Assembly (NCBI RefSeq): GCF_006345805.1
Contig: NW_021833269.1
Span: forward strand, 21,597-85,596
From: Octopus sinensis
Taxonomy: Eukaryota
Direction: 5' to 3'
DNA: 64,000 bases
The notes below the pieces were generated by a model. The model did not search any database and was not told the origin of the DNA. It worked only from the letters and a program-made list of their open reading frames with translations. Positions 40,386 to 54,411 of the stretch are shown here, in pieces. The number at the start of each line of letters is the position of its first letter. Position 1 is the first letter of the stretch. The position numbers and the translations under genes are program-made.

Positions 40386-41014
40386 TGCTGTTGCTGTGGT
40401 GCTGTTGTTGAATATATTTTTGGATGTATTGTTATTGTTTGTCCAATTTCACAAGGAAGGCCTTGGTTTGTTTACGTTTTCCTTATCGTTGGTGATGTTA
40501 TTTGCTTCCACCCTTTTTCTCATCCGTTCCACTTGAAAATGAGTGATATTGCTGTTGCTGAAATTGTTATTATTGACAGAATACGTTTTCAAGAGTCCCC
40601 TCTTGAAATATTCCTCTCTGTTAACAATTTCAAAACTCGTTCCAGTTAAAACACTTTGCCTCAGCATTTTCAGATGGAGTCACGCAGTGAATCGTGCTCA
40701 CTTCATTTTTCCTTACAACCATGTGACGCTCCTAACGCCTTTGTTCTTACTCACGTACGAGCGTCGCTGCATCCATGGAAGTTTTCTCTATAGATGGAAA
40801 GAAAACGAAAAATTTTACAACGCAAGCCGAAATAAATCCTGATGTCCCCCGAGGATAGGGACAATGCACAAAAATAAACTCGATAGTAGACAAGCAGTCA
40901 ACATGTTGTTCACAGTGATGCACATTCCAGAAGTGTACACATAAGCTACCAGTGGTAGTGTTTACAAAATCTACGGTGCAAGATCCGACGTAAATTGCCA
41001 AGATGACGGTTATA

Positions 41015-41104
<90 letters not shown>

Positions 41105-41128
41105 TACAACAACAACAACAATAATAAT

Positions 41129-41341
41129 CCTTTCTACTGGAAGCCCAAGGCCGCAAATTTGGGGGAAGGTTTAAGTCGATTGCATCGACCCCAGTGCGTA
41201 ACTGGTTCTAATTTTATCGGTCCCGAGAGGCTGAAAGGCAAAGTCGACCTGGGCCGAATTTGAACTCCGAATGTAACAGCAGCCGAAATGCAGCTAAGCA
41301 CTTCGCCCGGAGTGCTAAAGATTCTGCCATCTCGCCGCCTT
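41129..41341 (-). mobile_element. SINE family A (alternative tail) inside (AAT)n
   Basis: Family A head and core; flanked by AAT repeats on both sides. Confidence 0.87.
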
Positions 41342-41369
41342 GATAATAATAATAATATAATAATAATAA

Positions 41370-41402
<33 letters not shown>

Positions 41403-41403
41403 C

Positions 41404-41741
41404 TTGAGACCCCCTTAGGTCATGCATGATCATGGGATTGCTCCTAGAAAGTTACCCTCATAGGCACAAATCAGGGCAAGGTTGTTTATGGAAGTCCAGC
41501 AGTCGTCCATGTATACCGGCCTCCCCTCTCCACGCCACCGATGTTATCCAAGGGAAAGGCAAAGGGGCCAATACCGCTTGGCCCCTGTGACGTCGCAACT
41601 CATTTCTACAACTGAGTGAGCTGGAGTAACGTGAAATAAAATGTCTTGCTCAAGAACACAATACACAGCCCGGTCCGGGAATCGATCTGGCAACCTCACG
41701 ATCGTAAGCTCGACGGTCTAATCACCTAGCCATGCGCCTTC
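41404..41741 (-). mobile_element. SINE family C (tail W), near full length
   Basis: GTGAAGGCGCATGGCTAGG...ATCCCATGATCATG...AAGGGGGTCTC. Confidence 0.88.
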
Positions 41742-41779
<38 letters not shown>

Positions 41780-42459
41780 AACAACAACAACAACAACAAC
41801 AATAATAATAATAATAATAATAATAATGATGATGAGGAGGAGGATGATGATGATGATGATGATGATAATGATAATAATAATAATTATAATAAGTATGGAA
41901 AACTCTCATTTATTGATTATGAAAGTGAAAGTAGAGCCAAACAGTCGTTAAATGAAGTGGGAGATAAATAGTTGTCGTTTCCAGGAATATTGAGAACAAA
42001 GAGAAGACAATTCTTGTTGATATGATGCGACAGTCACGTGACAAAAAGTAAAAAAAAACAATGTTATGATTTCTTTTGTCATATATATGGTTTACTATGG
42101 CGCATTGTTTTACTGTCATTCATTGGTATTTGTCGTACTGGTTGATGGTGAATGTGTGATGGTGGTAGTAGAGGTGGTACCATTGTTGGCGTTGTCGATG
42201 TTATTGTTGTTGTTGTTGTTGCTGTTGTTGTTGTTCTTTGGTTATTTATGGCCGGCTCATTTGTCAAGTTATTGACAGCCAATGGCTGAGCCGATGGCGA
42301 AATGGTGTCACTTTATTGGGACGGTTCGAATCATGATGTTTGAGATTTGCTACGGACATAATGTAAATAAAAACAGCAATAACAACAACAACAATAATGA
42401 TAATAATTTATGTCTGATAAATCAATGTCTGACAGAGCAATAGCAAAACCCACAACAAC

Positions 42460-42474
42460 GACAATAACTACTAT

Positions 42475-42509
<35 letters not shown>

Positions 42510-42782
42510 ATAATAATAATAATAATAATAATGATGATGATAATAATAATGATAATGATAATAATGATAATGATGATGATAATAATAATAATGGTGATGA
42601 TAATAATAATAATGATGATGATGATAATAATAATAATAATAATAATAATAGTAATAATAATAATAATAATGATGATGATAATAATAATGATGATGATGAT
42701 ATTAATAATAATAATAATAATAATGATGATGATAATAATAATAATGATGATGATAATAATAATAATGATGATAATAATAATA

Positions 42783-42813
<31 letters not shown>

Positions 42814-42865
42814 TATAGTAATAATAATAATAATAATGATGATGATAATAATAATAATGATGATG

Positions 42866-42916
<51 letters not shown>

Positions 42917-43081
42917 GTAATAATAATAATAATGATGATGATAATAATAATAATGATGATGATAATAATAATAATGATGATGATAATAATAATAATAATG
43001 ATGATAATAATAATAATAATGATGATAATAATAATAATAATAATAATAATAGTAATAATAATAATAATAATGATGATGATG

Positions 43082-43124
<43 letters not shown>

Positions 43125-43256
43125 TGATGATGATAATAATAATAATAATGATGATGATAATAATAATGACAATAATAATAATGATGATAATAATAATAAT
43201 AATGATGATAATAATAATAATATGAATAATAATAATGATAATAATAATAACAATAG

Positions 43257-43296
<40 letters not shown>

Positions 43297-43385
43297 TATA
43301 ATAATAATAATAATGATGATGGTGATAATAATAATAATAATAATAATAATAATCATGATAATAATAATAATAATAATAATATGGT
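42460..43385. repeat. Long (AAT/GAT)n microsatellite
   Basis: Visible; source of the 362- and 271-aa ORFs. Confidence 0.97.
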
Positions 43386-43699
43386 GATCAGGGTATGAAC
43401 AATAGCACCGAACGCACAAAATAAATTTCTACAGAAGGGAAACAGCTCGCTATGGTTGTCAAGCGACATTGTTAAATTAATCTGGTATGTCCTTGTCTGT
43501 GTCCCCGAGAGCGTGTATCTCTATGCTTATATGACTGTGTTTATGAGTGTATAGGTGTGGGTAGGTTTGTGCGAAAATATTCTATGCGCAAATGATGGAG
43601 AGATATCGATCGAGGTTGCTGAAAGTAACTTGGATTATTGAATGCGATGTCTCATTTAATATGGATAATATGTAAATAATAGAATATATATATGTATAT

Positions 43700-43760
43700 A
43701 TGTATGTACGTCTTTTGTTGTTTTTCATAAACTCTCCCTATATATATGTGTATATATATA

Positions 43761-43808
<48 letters not shown>

Positions 43809-44005
43809 TATAGGGAGAGTTTATGAAAAAACAACAAAAGACGAAGACAGGTGGTGTACAAAACAAACAGATGTACTAGTATAACGCTCAGGAATAGAAA
43901 AAAGTATTTTACGTTTCGAGCCTACGCTCTTCTTCAGAAAGGGACACAGAAAACATGGAGATAAGAAAAATGTGTGTAGTGGCTAACGATCTATCATGGC
44001 GATCT
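43700..44005 (-). mobile_element. Hammerhead-bearing pLTR-like unit with a short inverted arm across (TA)n
   Basis: 43811-44005 matches 34796-34992; 43704-43742 is the reverse complement of 43809-43842. Confidence 0.75.
43907..43940 (-). ncRNA. Minimal type I hammerhead with palindromic stem III
   Basis: UUU-CUGAAGA-A-GAGC-GUAG-GCUC-GAA-AC-GU-A-AAA. Confidence 0.65.
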
Positions 44006-44454
44006 ATCATATATATGTTTTATAATTTAGAACAAACAGTAAGTTGTCATTATAGTACTTGGAGTTTCGAATGCCACTTTAGATTCAAAGAAGAAGCCAT
44101 GGATGTTGTAGCATGGAAATCTAGATTTACTTATGGAGACAGCAACTGAGTATCGCCTGAGGAGATACATAGAGATCTTCTTATACAGGTAAATCGTTAC
44201 ATAATTTAATTTAAACTTAACTTTGAATCCTGTATATACGCAAACAACCAATATATATATATAAATAAATAAATATATATATATTTTGTAGTATTAATTT
44301 ACGGTAATATTATTACCTTTACCCATATAATACAATAGATGAACTGATTGTTTGACAATTTTTAACATCTATGTATTAATCTTGTTGGGTACCTATCTGG
44401 CAGTATATTGGATATATATTATCCCATGGTGGGTTGAATTTTCAACCCCTATCT

Positions 44455-44525
<71 letters not shown>

Positions 44526-44669
44526 TTCTAAGTGTTTTGCGTTCTTGTCCCAGTTTGTATTTTTCTACATATAATAATTATATATATATATATATATATA
44601 TATACTTCTTAGTCTAAAGAAGTAACTTACTAGATTAGTTGTATGTGTATATACAGGATTATATATATG

Positions 44670-44708
<39 letters not shown>

Positions 44709-44762
44709 ATATATAATCATATATGTATGTATGTATGTATTGTATGTATGTATGTATGTATG

Positions 44763-44845
<83 letters not shown>

Positions 44846-45748
44846 CTTTTATTAAACTTTTAATACTTTTGATATATATTTAAAATAATATAAATTAAAT
44901 TAATTTTATGTATTGGCTAATGTTTTTCATTGTTTGATTTGCCTAATAGTGGTTTTATCTCTAATTTAATATATATATATATCTTTCTCTCCCATTCCCT
45001 TTTTCGTCTTTTTTTTTCCCTCACTTAACTTGTCTCTTCCTCTCTCTCTCATTCTTCATTCTCTCTCTCCCTTTCACCATTCTTCATGGTCTCCTCGCAC
45101 CATTCCCCTTCTTCTCTCTCTTCCTCTTGCTCCTCCTCCCCCATTCCCGTCATCCATCTGCGACGATACTTCCGTCGTAACTGCTTCCTGTCCCTTCTCG
45201 CCTGCCTTGTAAGGCTTCTGGTCGACAAATTTTCCCTCTCTGTCTTCCACGATAATCCAGCGTTTGCAATACTTTTTTCGTCTGGCGTTAACAGCCCTTC
45301 TTATCTTGTTCTCCTTGTCCTGTCTCTCACTGTTATATATTTATTTTTCCACTGTTTATATATATATTTTTTACTGTTTATATGTTTGTACTGTCGTTAC
45401 CGTCTTGCTTTTTTTTACCCCTCTGCGAAAAGATCTCAGAATTTTAATTGATTTGCTTTTCGCGGGAAGGAATTTTTTCTTCGAAGTATACGTCTCGCTT
45501 TTATCCTTCGAAACGTTTAGTAGATGAAATCTTAGCGACTGAAGAAGGGGATTTTTCGTTGTGCTTATTGTCCTGTATCTCTCCCTTTTTTTTGCTTGTC
45601 TTGTTCCTTGGTTTGTGTCTATGTGTTTCGTCTCTCTATGTTCGACGTCTTTTTGGTGTCCTGTACACATATATGCGTGTATATGTACATGTAGAGGTAG
45701 GTACGTACATATATGTTTATATATATGCATATATTCTATTTTATTAAC

Positions 45749-45805
<57 letters not shown>

Positions 45806-46791
45806 TACTTTTATTCTTTAGTTTCAGTCCGATGACCGCGGCCATGCTGAGACCTCGCTGTTTGCTTTGCAACACATTAACTAAATCTCTTCTGATATGC
45901 GACATTTTGTGGATGAGGAAGTTTGAAGTTGCTCCCCTCATCTGTGTTTCTTGCCTTCAGGTAGCTTCATCGTGAACTCTTGACAGAAGGAGATCCAGTT
46001 TCGTATTGCAAACGCCTACATCCACATCATGTAGGTCTCTTGGGCTTTGTGGCAAGATATTGAAGAACTATGGACACTTGAATCCCAAGCTATTACAGTA
46101 TCAGGTCCTGTATCCTGATGTCAATATCAGGAATTTTTGTACTATACAGGTTTATCATTTGGTACCACAAGTTTATCATTTGAATCTATAGAGCCTGTTT
46201 AAATATGTAAATATGCATGACAATACATACATACATACATGCATACATACATACATACATACATACATACATACATACATACATACATACATACATACAT
46301 ACATGCATGCATGCATACATACATACATACAAAAATACACTGCTGATGTTGAAATTCCAATAGATCTAGGTTCGAAATCGGCTCTTTCTCTATGGGCAAG
46401 AAATCTTGTAATAAAACTGATTAATAACATACATACACACATGCATACATACATACTTGCATACATACATACATATATACATACATATATACATACATAC
46501 ATACATACATACATACATACATACATACATACATAGATGAACCTTCAGCTCATGCTTAAATTCCAGTGAAAATCCCTGTTTCTAGGTTATAAACTCGCTC
46601 TCTCTCTCCATTAGTAAGAAATTCGAAAAATACACTTCAAAAATATACCTACACACATTATACATACATCTAGCGTAGGTATGTACACATCTATATACAC
46701 GTACACAGGTACATATATATATATGTATGTGAGTGTGTGTGTATTTGTATGCATGTATATATATGTAAGTGTGTGTGCGTGTATATATATA

Positions 46792-46826
<35 letters not shown>

Positions 46827-47645
46827 CATACACATTAATAAATGCATACAACACGCACCCACACTCACGTATTCCTCGCTAATTCTAACAATAGAAAGCT
46901 AGCATTGTATTTCTGTGAATGATGAACGCACAAGATTTCCTTTTTTCCCTCACATCCTCCAGCGCCGACCAGCAAAAACGCCATTAACGGCTATTTATTT
47001 TATTTCTCTTCCGTCTCTTCCACATTAATCTACTGCTAGCGAAGATCAGCCAAAGACACTTCACCAACACAACAATCACTCCAAACTCATTAGGAGGCAT
47101 GTGATAGCCAATAAAACGGTACAGATCGAGAGGAATAAAAGTCATCATGGCGTTAGGATGCATCAGATAAAAACGCTCTTTGTTTTGTGTGTTGGAAGAG
47201 TTTCTGTTGTTGCTGGAACCGGTTGCATTGACGAGCTGTTTGCCATTGTCGTACAAGTAATTGTGTATTTTTCTATGCACGTTTTTCACAAACATACGTT
47301 CATACATGTGTATACGCATACATACATATGTGTTTGCGTGTCTGTGTGCGTCTGTATGCATAGACAGAATGGGGAATAGATAGATAGATATGGATGGATA
47401 GATTGATAGATAGACAGACAGACAGATAGAAATGTTCATAGTCAGAGAGAAAATATACACACATATAAGTATATATATAAGCATACACACACACACATAT
47501 ATATATATATTTAAATGTATACATGAATATGTATATTTATTTATATATATATATGTATATGTATATATAAAAGTGTATGTATAAATCTATATGTGTGTAG
47601 TATATAATATATTTACGTTTTACATGTATGTAAAAGCATGTATAG

Positions 47646-47700
<55 letters not shown>

Positions 47701-47774
47701 TGTATGTATAAATCTATATGTGTGTAAGTATATACATATATTTACGTTTTACATGTATGTAAAAGCCTGTATAG

Positions 47775-47886
<112 letters not shown>

Positions 47887-48224
47887 TGTATGCGTGTGTG
47901 CGCGCGCACGTGTGTGTGTGTATTTATTTAGAAGTATAACAACACGTCTCTAACAAAAGCTGAAATAAGTTTTTCTCGTACATTATCATCACCATGGAAA
48001 CGATACGGAATACAATAACAATTCTGACGATGGTGATGATGATGATGATGATGGAGTAAAGCTATGATGATAATACTGGTGATAATGCTGCTGCTGTTGC
48101 TGATGATGCTGATGATTATAATGATGACAATCACTGGCACGATGAGGGCGAAGAAGACGATGGTGATATTTTCGACGATGGGGAAGATGATGACGATTGC
48201 GATAACACTGAGATCCTTGGGAGA

Positions 48225-48664
48225 TACTCTTACTCTTTACTCTTTTACTTGTTTCAGTCATTTGACTGCGGCCATGCTGGAGCACCGTCTTTTTTAATCG
48301 AGCAACTCGACCCCTGGACTTATTCTTTTGTAAGCTCAGTACTTATTCTATCGGTCTCTTTTGCCGAACCGCTAAGTGACGGGGACGTAAACACACAGCA
48401 TCGGTTGTCAAGCAATGCTAGGGGGACAAACACAGACACACAAACATATACACACACACTTATATATATATATACATATATACGACGGACTTCTTTCAGT
48501 TTCCGTCTACCAAATCCACTCACAAGGCATTGGTCGGCCCGGGGCTATAGCAAAAGAGACTTGCCCAAGATGCCACACAGTGGGATTGAACCCGGAACCA
48601 TGTGGTTGGTTAGCAAGCTACTTACCACACAGTCACTCATGCGCCTATGCCACTCCTGCGCCTA
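48225..48664 (-). mobile_element. SINE family B, with duplicated 5' tip
   Basis: Matches family B; CACTC(A/C)TGCGCCTA is repeated at the head. Confidence 0.92.
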
Positions 48665-48829
48665 TATATTTTTATATGTTTCTTATTTGACGGATTACTT
48701 TTCCAGGGTCCATTCAACCATAGTCAGAAATCCACACAGTCCTACATGTAACTGTCTGAACTTCAGTTCATCTTTGGTGTCAGAAGGACTTTTGCTGCTC
48801 TCTTTCTCAAGTACGCTCCACACATAATA

Positions 48830-49370
48830 ATAACGGGTTTGGAGTCTTGGGAGTTAAGTGGCCAGACGTTAGGAGTGATGTGGTCGCAGAAATTCTCTGA
48901 CAGTCATAAATGGGTTCTCCTGCTTGTGTAGCATGGTGCAGAGTCTTGTTGCCAGACATTGGGTCTTCCAGTAGCCACCAACATAACCCAGAGCAGCACT
49001 ACCTCCTCCAAGCATTTGATGTAGGCCTCCGTGTTGAGTGTGAGGCCGTGTGAGAAGATGAATGGAAGCATAACGTCGCCATCACCAGTAATCACTCCGA
49101 ACACTATGATGTTGATTTGATGTTTGATTTTTATCACTTTTGATACATGTCCTCAGATTGCACTGTCCTCAGATTGACACGCAAACACTCTTAAATATTT
49201 GTATTGGAGCTTTCGGCGTGAGTGCGAAGCAGTACGGAATGTCGTTTCAAAACACCTGGCGGATGTTTTTCTTCCAGACGATCAACAACTGACCCTACGA
49301 TACGGCGTAGTCGACATAATCAGAGACAAATAATGCGCATGCGCGAAATAGAAAAATAGTAAAGGTCGAC
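48830..49370 (-). mobile_element. Internally deleted Tc1/mariner element (DD37D/maT-like) with transposase remnant
   Basis: IKHQINIIVFGVITGDGDVMLPFIFSHGLTLNTEAYIKCLEEVVL.W...TGRPNVWQQDSAPCYTSRRT...WPLNS. Confidence 0.85.
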
Positions 49371-49397
49371 AATTTACCCATTCTGTGTTCGTATGCC

Positions 49398-49429
<32 letters not shown>

Positions 49430-50310
49430 TATACATATATATATATATATGGCCTGCTCCCTTAGCCAGCGGGGTGGCGTCGTTTGAAGGCTAAAACAAT
49501 GCGAAGCGCATTGTGACCAGCGATGTGTAGCAACATCTGATAGCCTAGTCGGCCCCGGTGATCCCAGTGATATATATATATATATACAAACATATATACG
49601 TACATATGTTTGTGTGTGTTTGTGTCTATATGTCTTCTCCACCACCGCTTGACAAGCGGGGTTGGCGTCTCCACGACCCCCTAACGTGGCGGGTCTGTAT
49701 AGTAGACCGAAAAAATAAGTACAAGGTTTAAAACAATAAATAGCGGGAACAATTCGCTCGATAAAATATTCATGAGGGCGGTGCTCCAGCATGACCGCAT
49801 TCAAATGACTGAGAAAACCAGATAAACGATAAAAGAAATGGCGTCGAAAAGCCAGAGGCGTTTAGCCTACGACAAGGAAACAAATAGAATGAATAAAGAC
49901 AAACACAATTACTTTGGAAATTATGAAAAGTGGCGTTCCAACCGTGATAATTGCTCCAACGTCTTAACAAAGATCGATGTATCGATACGGAAAACAAATA
50001 TGCACGGATACGAACATCTCTATACAATAAATGGCAGAGAAAAGTAAAGTATAAACAAAATGGACGTCTATATCTAATGGCGCTGGCGTGGACAATACAA
50101 GATTATGGAGCGACAGCTGACAATGGCAGACTTGGAAATTAGAAATCGAAGCTGGATCGTGTGTAAGTCATGCAAATTACCTCGTGATCATGTAAATACA
50201 CTAAACAATTTAGTACAAAGCCTATAATACTACTACTACTTATACTACTACTACTACAACAACAACAACTACTACTACTACTACTACTAATAATAATAAT
50301 AATAATAATA

Positions 50311-50348
<38 letters not shown>

Positions 50349-50489
50349 CTTAATAATAATAATAATAATAGTAGTAGTAGTAGTAGTAGTAGTAATAATA
50401 ATAATAATGATAATAATAATAATGATGATGATGATAATAATAGTATATATGTGTATATCTATGTAATATTTAAATCTACGTATATAAGC

Positions 50490-50525
<36 letters not shown>

Positions 50526-50959
50526 AAAAATAAATATGCATATATGTATGTGTGTATATATATGTATGTTTGTGTGTTTGTGTGCGGGTGTATGTACGTG
50601 CGTGCCTGCACGCGTCTGTGTATCTGTTTGTATATATGTGTGTGTATGTATGTATGTATGTATGTATGTATGTGTGTGTCTGCACGTGTGTGTATGTGTA
50701 TGTATGTATGTATGTGTGTATGTATGTATGTATGTATGTATGTATGTATGTATGTATGTATGTGTGTGTGTGTGTGTGAATGACTTTGACACAAAACAAT
50801 AACAAATAAATTTTAGTGGAAAGAAATGGAAACAATCTAGAGAACGTGAAAGTCAGTTGACATTGCCGTAGCGGGAGATTATTTCCTCTCCAAAGCACTA
50901 TCGTAGCATCTGCATTGTTTCTCTTGCGGTATGGGCAGTTACTCCATCCTACTGGAACC

Positions 50960-51078
50960 ATGGGTGAGGTCTACTTTGGATGGCCTCCACGTTCCCCAAA
51001 CTTATCTAGCCAGGACCTTTTCTTGTGGGAATACCTGAAAGAGAGGGTATACGTCAACAAACCGGAGACCCTGGTATT
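50960..51078 (+). pseudogene. Tc1/mariner transposase C-terminal fragment
   Basis: WPPRSPNLSSQDLFLWEYLKERVYVNKPETL (WPPRSPDL motif). Confidence 0.85.
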
Positions 51079-51084
51079 TCTCGG

Positions 51085-51303
51085 GGAGATTCAGCGTGAT
51101 ATACAGGGTGACAAAGCTGGCCCTTTGAAATACAGGTACAACAGAAACAGGAAGTAAGAGTGAGAGAAAGTTGTGGCGAAAGAGTACAGCAGGGACCGCC
51201 ACCAGCCCCTGCAGGAGCCTCGTGGAGCTTTAGGTGTTTTCCCTCAATAAACACTCACAATGCCCGGTCTTAGAATCGAAACCGCGATCCTAACAACTGA
51301 GCC
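51085..51303 (-). mobile_element. SINE family E head with tail X
   Basis: Head matches 34163; tail matches 20770-20835. Confidence 0.8.
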
Positions 51304-51559
51304 ATAATTCCTTTTCGCCTACAGGGCCTGTCCTGTTTAACATTGTCCCGAAACAGGTCAAAGAGGCACAAGGATTCCATTACCTTTAAACGAAATTCGG
51401 AAATTTTTTTTTCAAAGAATACAACTCTCTCAACAAGAACTCCCTACTCGAATGGGCGAGAAAACATGATTTTAAAAGGTTTTAGATAAACATATCAGGT
51501 GGTGCTATTAAGTTATACATGGCCCGGACCAATCTTTAGTCGAAACATATCTAAGTTTA

Positions 51560-51613
<54 letters not shown>

Positions 51614-51715
51614 AGCATACGTATATATATATATATATGTATATATATATGTATATTTACATATATATGCATGCATATAAATATATATATATTTGTGTGT
51701 GCGTGTGTGTATTTA

Positions 51716-51778
<63 letters not shown>

Positions 51779-51947
51779 AATATCTGCGCATACGTCTCAA
51801 AATTATAATTTCCAAGTAAGGTTTTGGCATGAATCTATCATTTTCGATTTTCGATACTCTATTTTGAAACCAGAAGTATGATAATGAAATAAAAAAGTAG
51901 CATTGCCTTAATAAGGTATGTATTTAAATTTTATTTACATATTTCAG

Positions 51948-52090
51948 TTATGTTTCGTTGCATAGAGAAGAAAAAAGTTAATCGATCAGATGAGGTACTT
52001 GTAAATGACGACGAAAACACATTTGAACTCAAGGGAAAGATGGAGAGAAATATAACAAATGCGGAACTCGGCCAATTGGCGAGAGAATGA
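51948..52090 (+). CDS. Candidate terminal coding exon of an unidentified gene
   Basis: Acceptor TTTATTTACATATTTCAG|TT, then MFRCIEKKKVNRSDEVLVNDDENTFELKGKMERNITNAELGQLARE*; charged, protein-like composition; no homology recognised. Confidence 0.3.
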
Positions 52091-52158
52091 GAGGAGAAAT
52101 GCAAGAAGTATTTTGTTTTAAGCAAATATCGCGAGAGCACCGGAGAGAGTGAGAGATG

Positions 52159-52550
<392 letters not shown>

Positions 52551-54411
52551 ATGACTAATTTTAAGCGATTGCGTTGTTCCAGTTATATAACAAATGCTTT
52601 ATCTTTTATGGAATATTGAGAAAGCTAAATCTATTGTTTAGATACGGCTTCTATATTCCAAGAAGTGAAGGTAGTATAAAATGTTTAATGTTTTTATCTG
52701 GGATTTTTGTGTTTGAAGTTGATTTGAAGTGAGTGGTTGAGAGAGAGGTCTGGAACGAAAAATGAGCGCTGACAAAACGGTGAGGTGTAGTTACTAGAAG
52801 GGATGGGGAACGTTTGAGAAGAAGAGAGGAGAGAAAAATCTCTGGTTTTGAGTGTGGGGGGGAAAAGTATTGATTACATATAACTACGAATTGAAAGAAC
52901 GCAGGAATAATTTCTGTTCGATTTAAAGTTGATGAAAATAATATATTATTAGGAAGGTATCGTTGGATGTAAAAAAAGAAAAAAGAATTTTCTAGCTTGT
53001 ATTGTGATTTTACAAAAGTATGTATTTTATTTATTTTCATTGTACCGAATGGTAAAAGATAAAATATCATTATGAGAAAACAAATTTAAGACAGTGAAAT
53101 TTTAAATAAACGCTGGTTAAACTAATATAAAACGTTAAGATTTAGTAAAAATTAAAGTTAAGTCAGTGAGTTGTATTAATGGATTTGATTTTCTGTTAAA
53201 TATTTATAATTTTACGATAAAATCAAGGAATTTTTCTGAAAAGAGTTTTACAGACGGTTAAGAAAAAAAGGAATTATCAACGTACATATAACATTTATTA
53301 TTGTGTATTAAATAAGATGTAAAGAAATAAAATGAGTTAAATCTGAAAAATAAGTAAAATACAGTATGAGGAAGATAAAAATTAATTCAGAAACCTAAAT
53401 ACATCGTAATCTACAATAATTTTATCGACTGACGTAAAGGCTATTTTGAAGAAAAAAAAGAAATCTGCTACTTCAATTTTCATGGTTTAAGTTAATCTTT
53501 TTAAAATTTTCGGGACTATTGTTAGAGAATTAGCTTGATTTTAAGAATAGAATTTAGAATAAGTTTATGACAAAGCGAGAATAGCTTTCAAGTTCTAGTG
53601 TAGGTGCTTTTAACTTGATGATGAAAGGAAAAATTTGTTAGAAGGTAGATTATGTAAAGTATTAAAATGAGCAGTTTTGCAAAGATTCACAATTGAGATA
53701 TACGGAGAAAGAAAGATTAAAGATTATGTATTTTAAATAAACGAAAGCTATATTTGAATATAATGCTACATATAGAATAGGACGGAATCTAAAAACGGTC
53801 AGATTTGCAGAAAATAAAGCTAAATTTATTAGTGATTGGTTAAGTTGATTAAATAAAACATTGCCTAAATTGAAAGTTAATTAAACCGAACAAGGATTGC
53901 ATATTCAGTTTTAAAATATATAGTTGTTAAATATTAATGCATTTCAGTAGAATTAACGCCAGTTACTTTACACAGATAAAGTAATACATATTAATTAAAT
54001 TTAGCAAGCTCTTTTTAATTGTAAGTATTATTACTTTTTTTTATGTTTGTAGGTTTCCATGCACTATGTGTGTAAGAGGAGATTGCTTAGGATTGTTTCT
54101 TTAAATAGGAATATGTCTAAACTCTCGTTTGTGCATAAATTATTTGGTTTTTAATTAGCGTTAATTTTTCGCCCAAATCTGTAAATATTTAACATATAAC
54201 ATTCTCTAATACAACTATATGTATTCAGTAAATATAAATATAAACAGCTCCACCCTGCATTGAATAAGCGATTTAAACGATATTTACTGTTTGTTTATTC
54301 ACTCAGAAATAAGTATACACTTCGTGACAAAAGTGACAATCTCTACTAAAAATCTGCGACGACGTTCTCGGAGAGACTCTGGACGGCAACGGGAATTGTC
54401 TCGTCTGTTCC

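Noticed and set aside
52600-54300. Mitochondrial insertion (NUMT)
   Set aside because: No recognisable mitochondrial protein or rRNA motif, and TAA stops remain under the invertebrate mitochondrial code; kept only as an unexplained segment.
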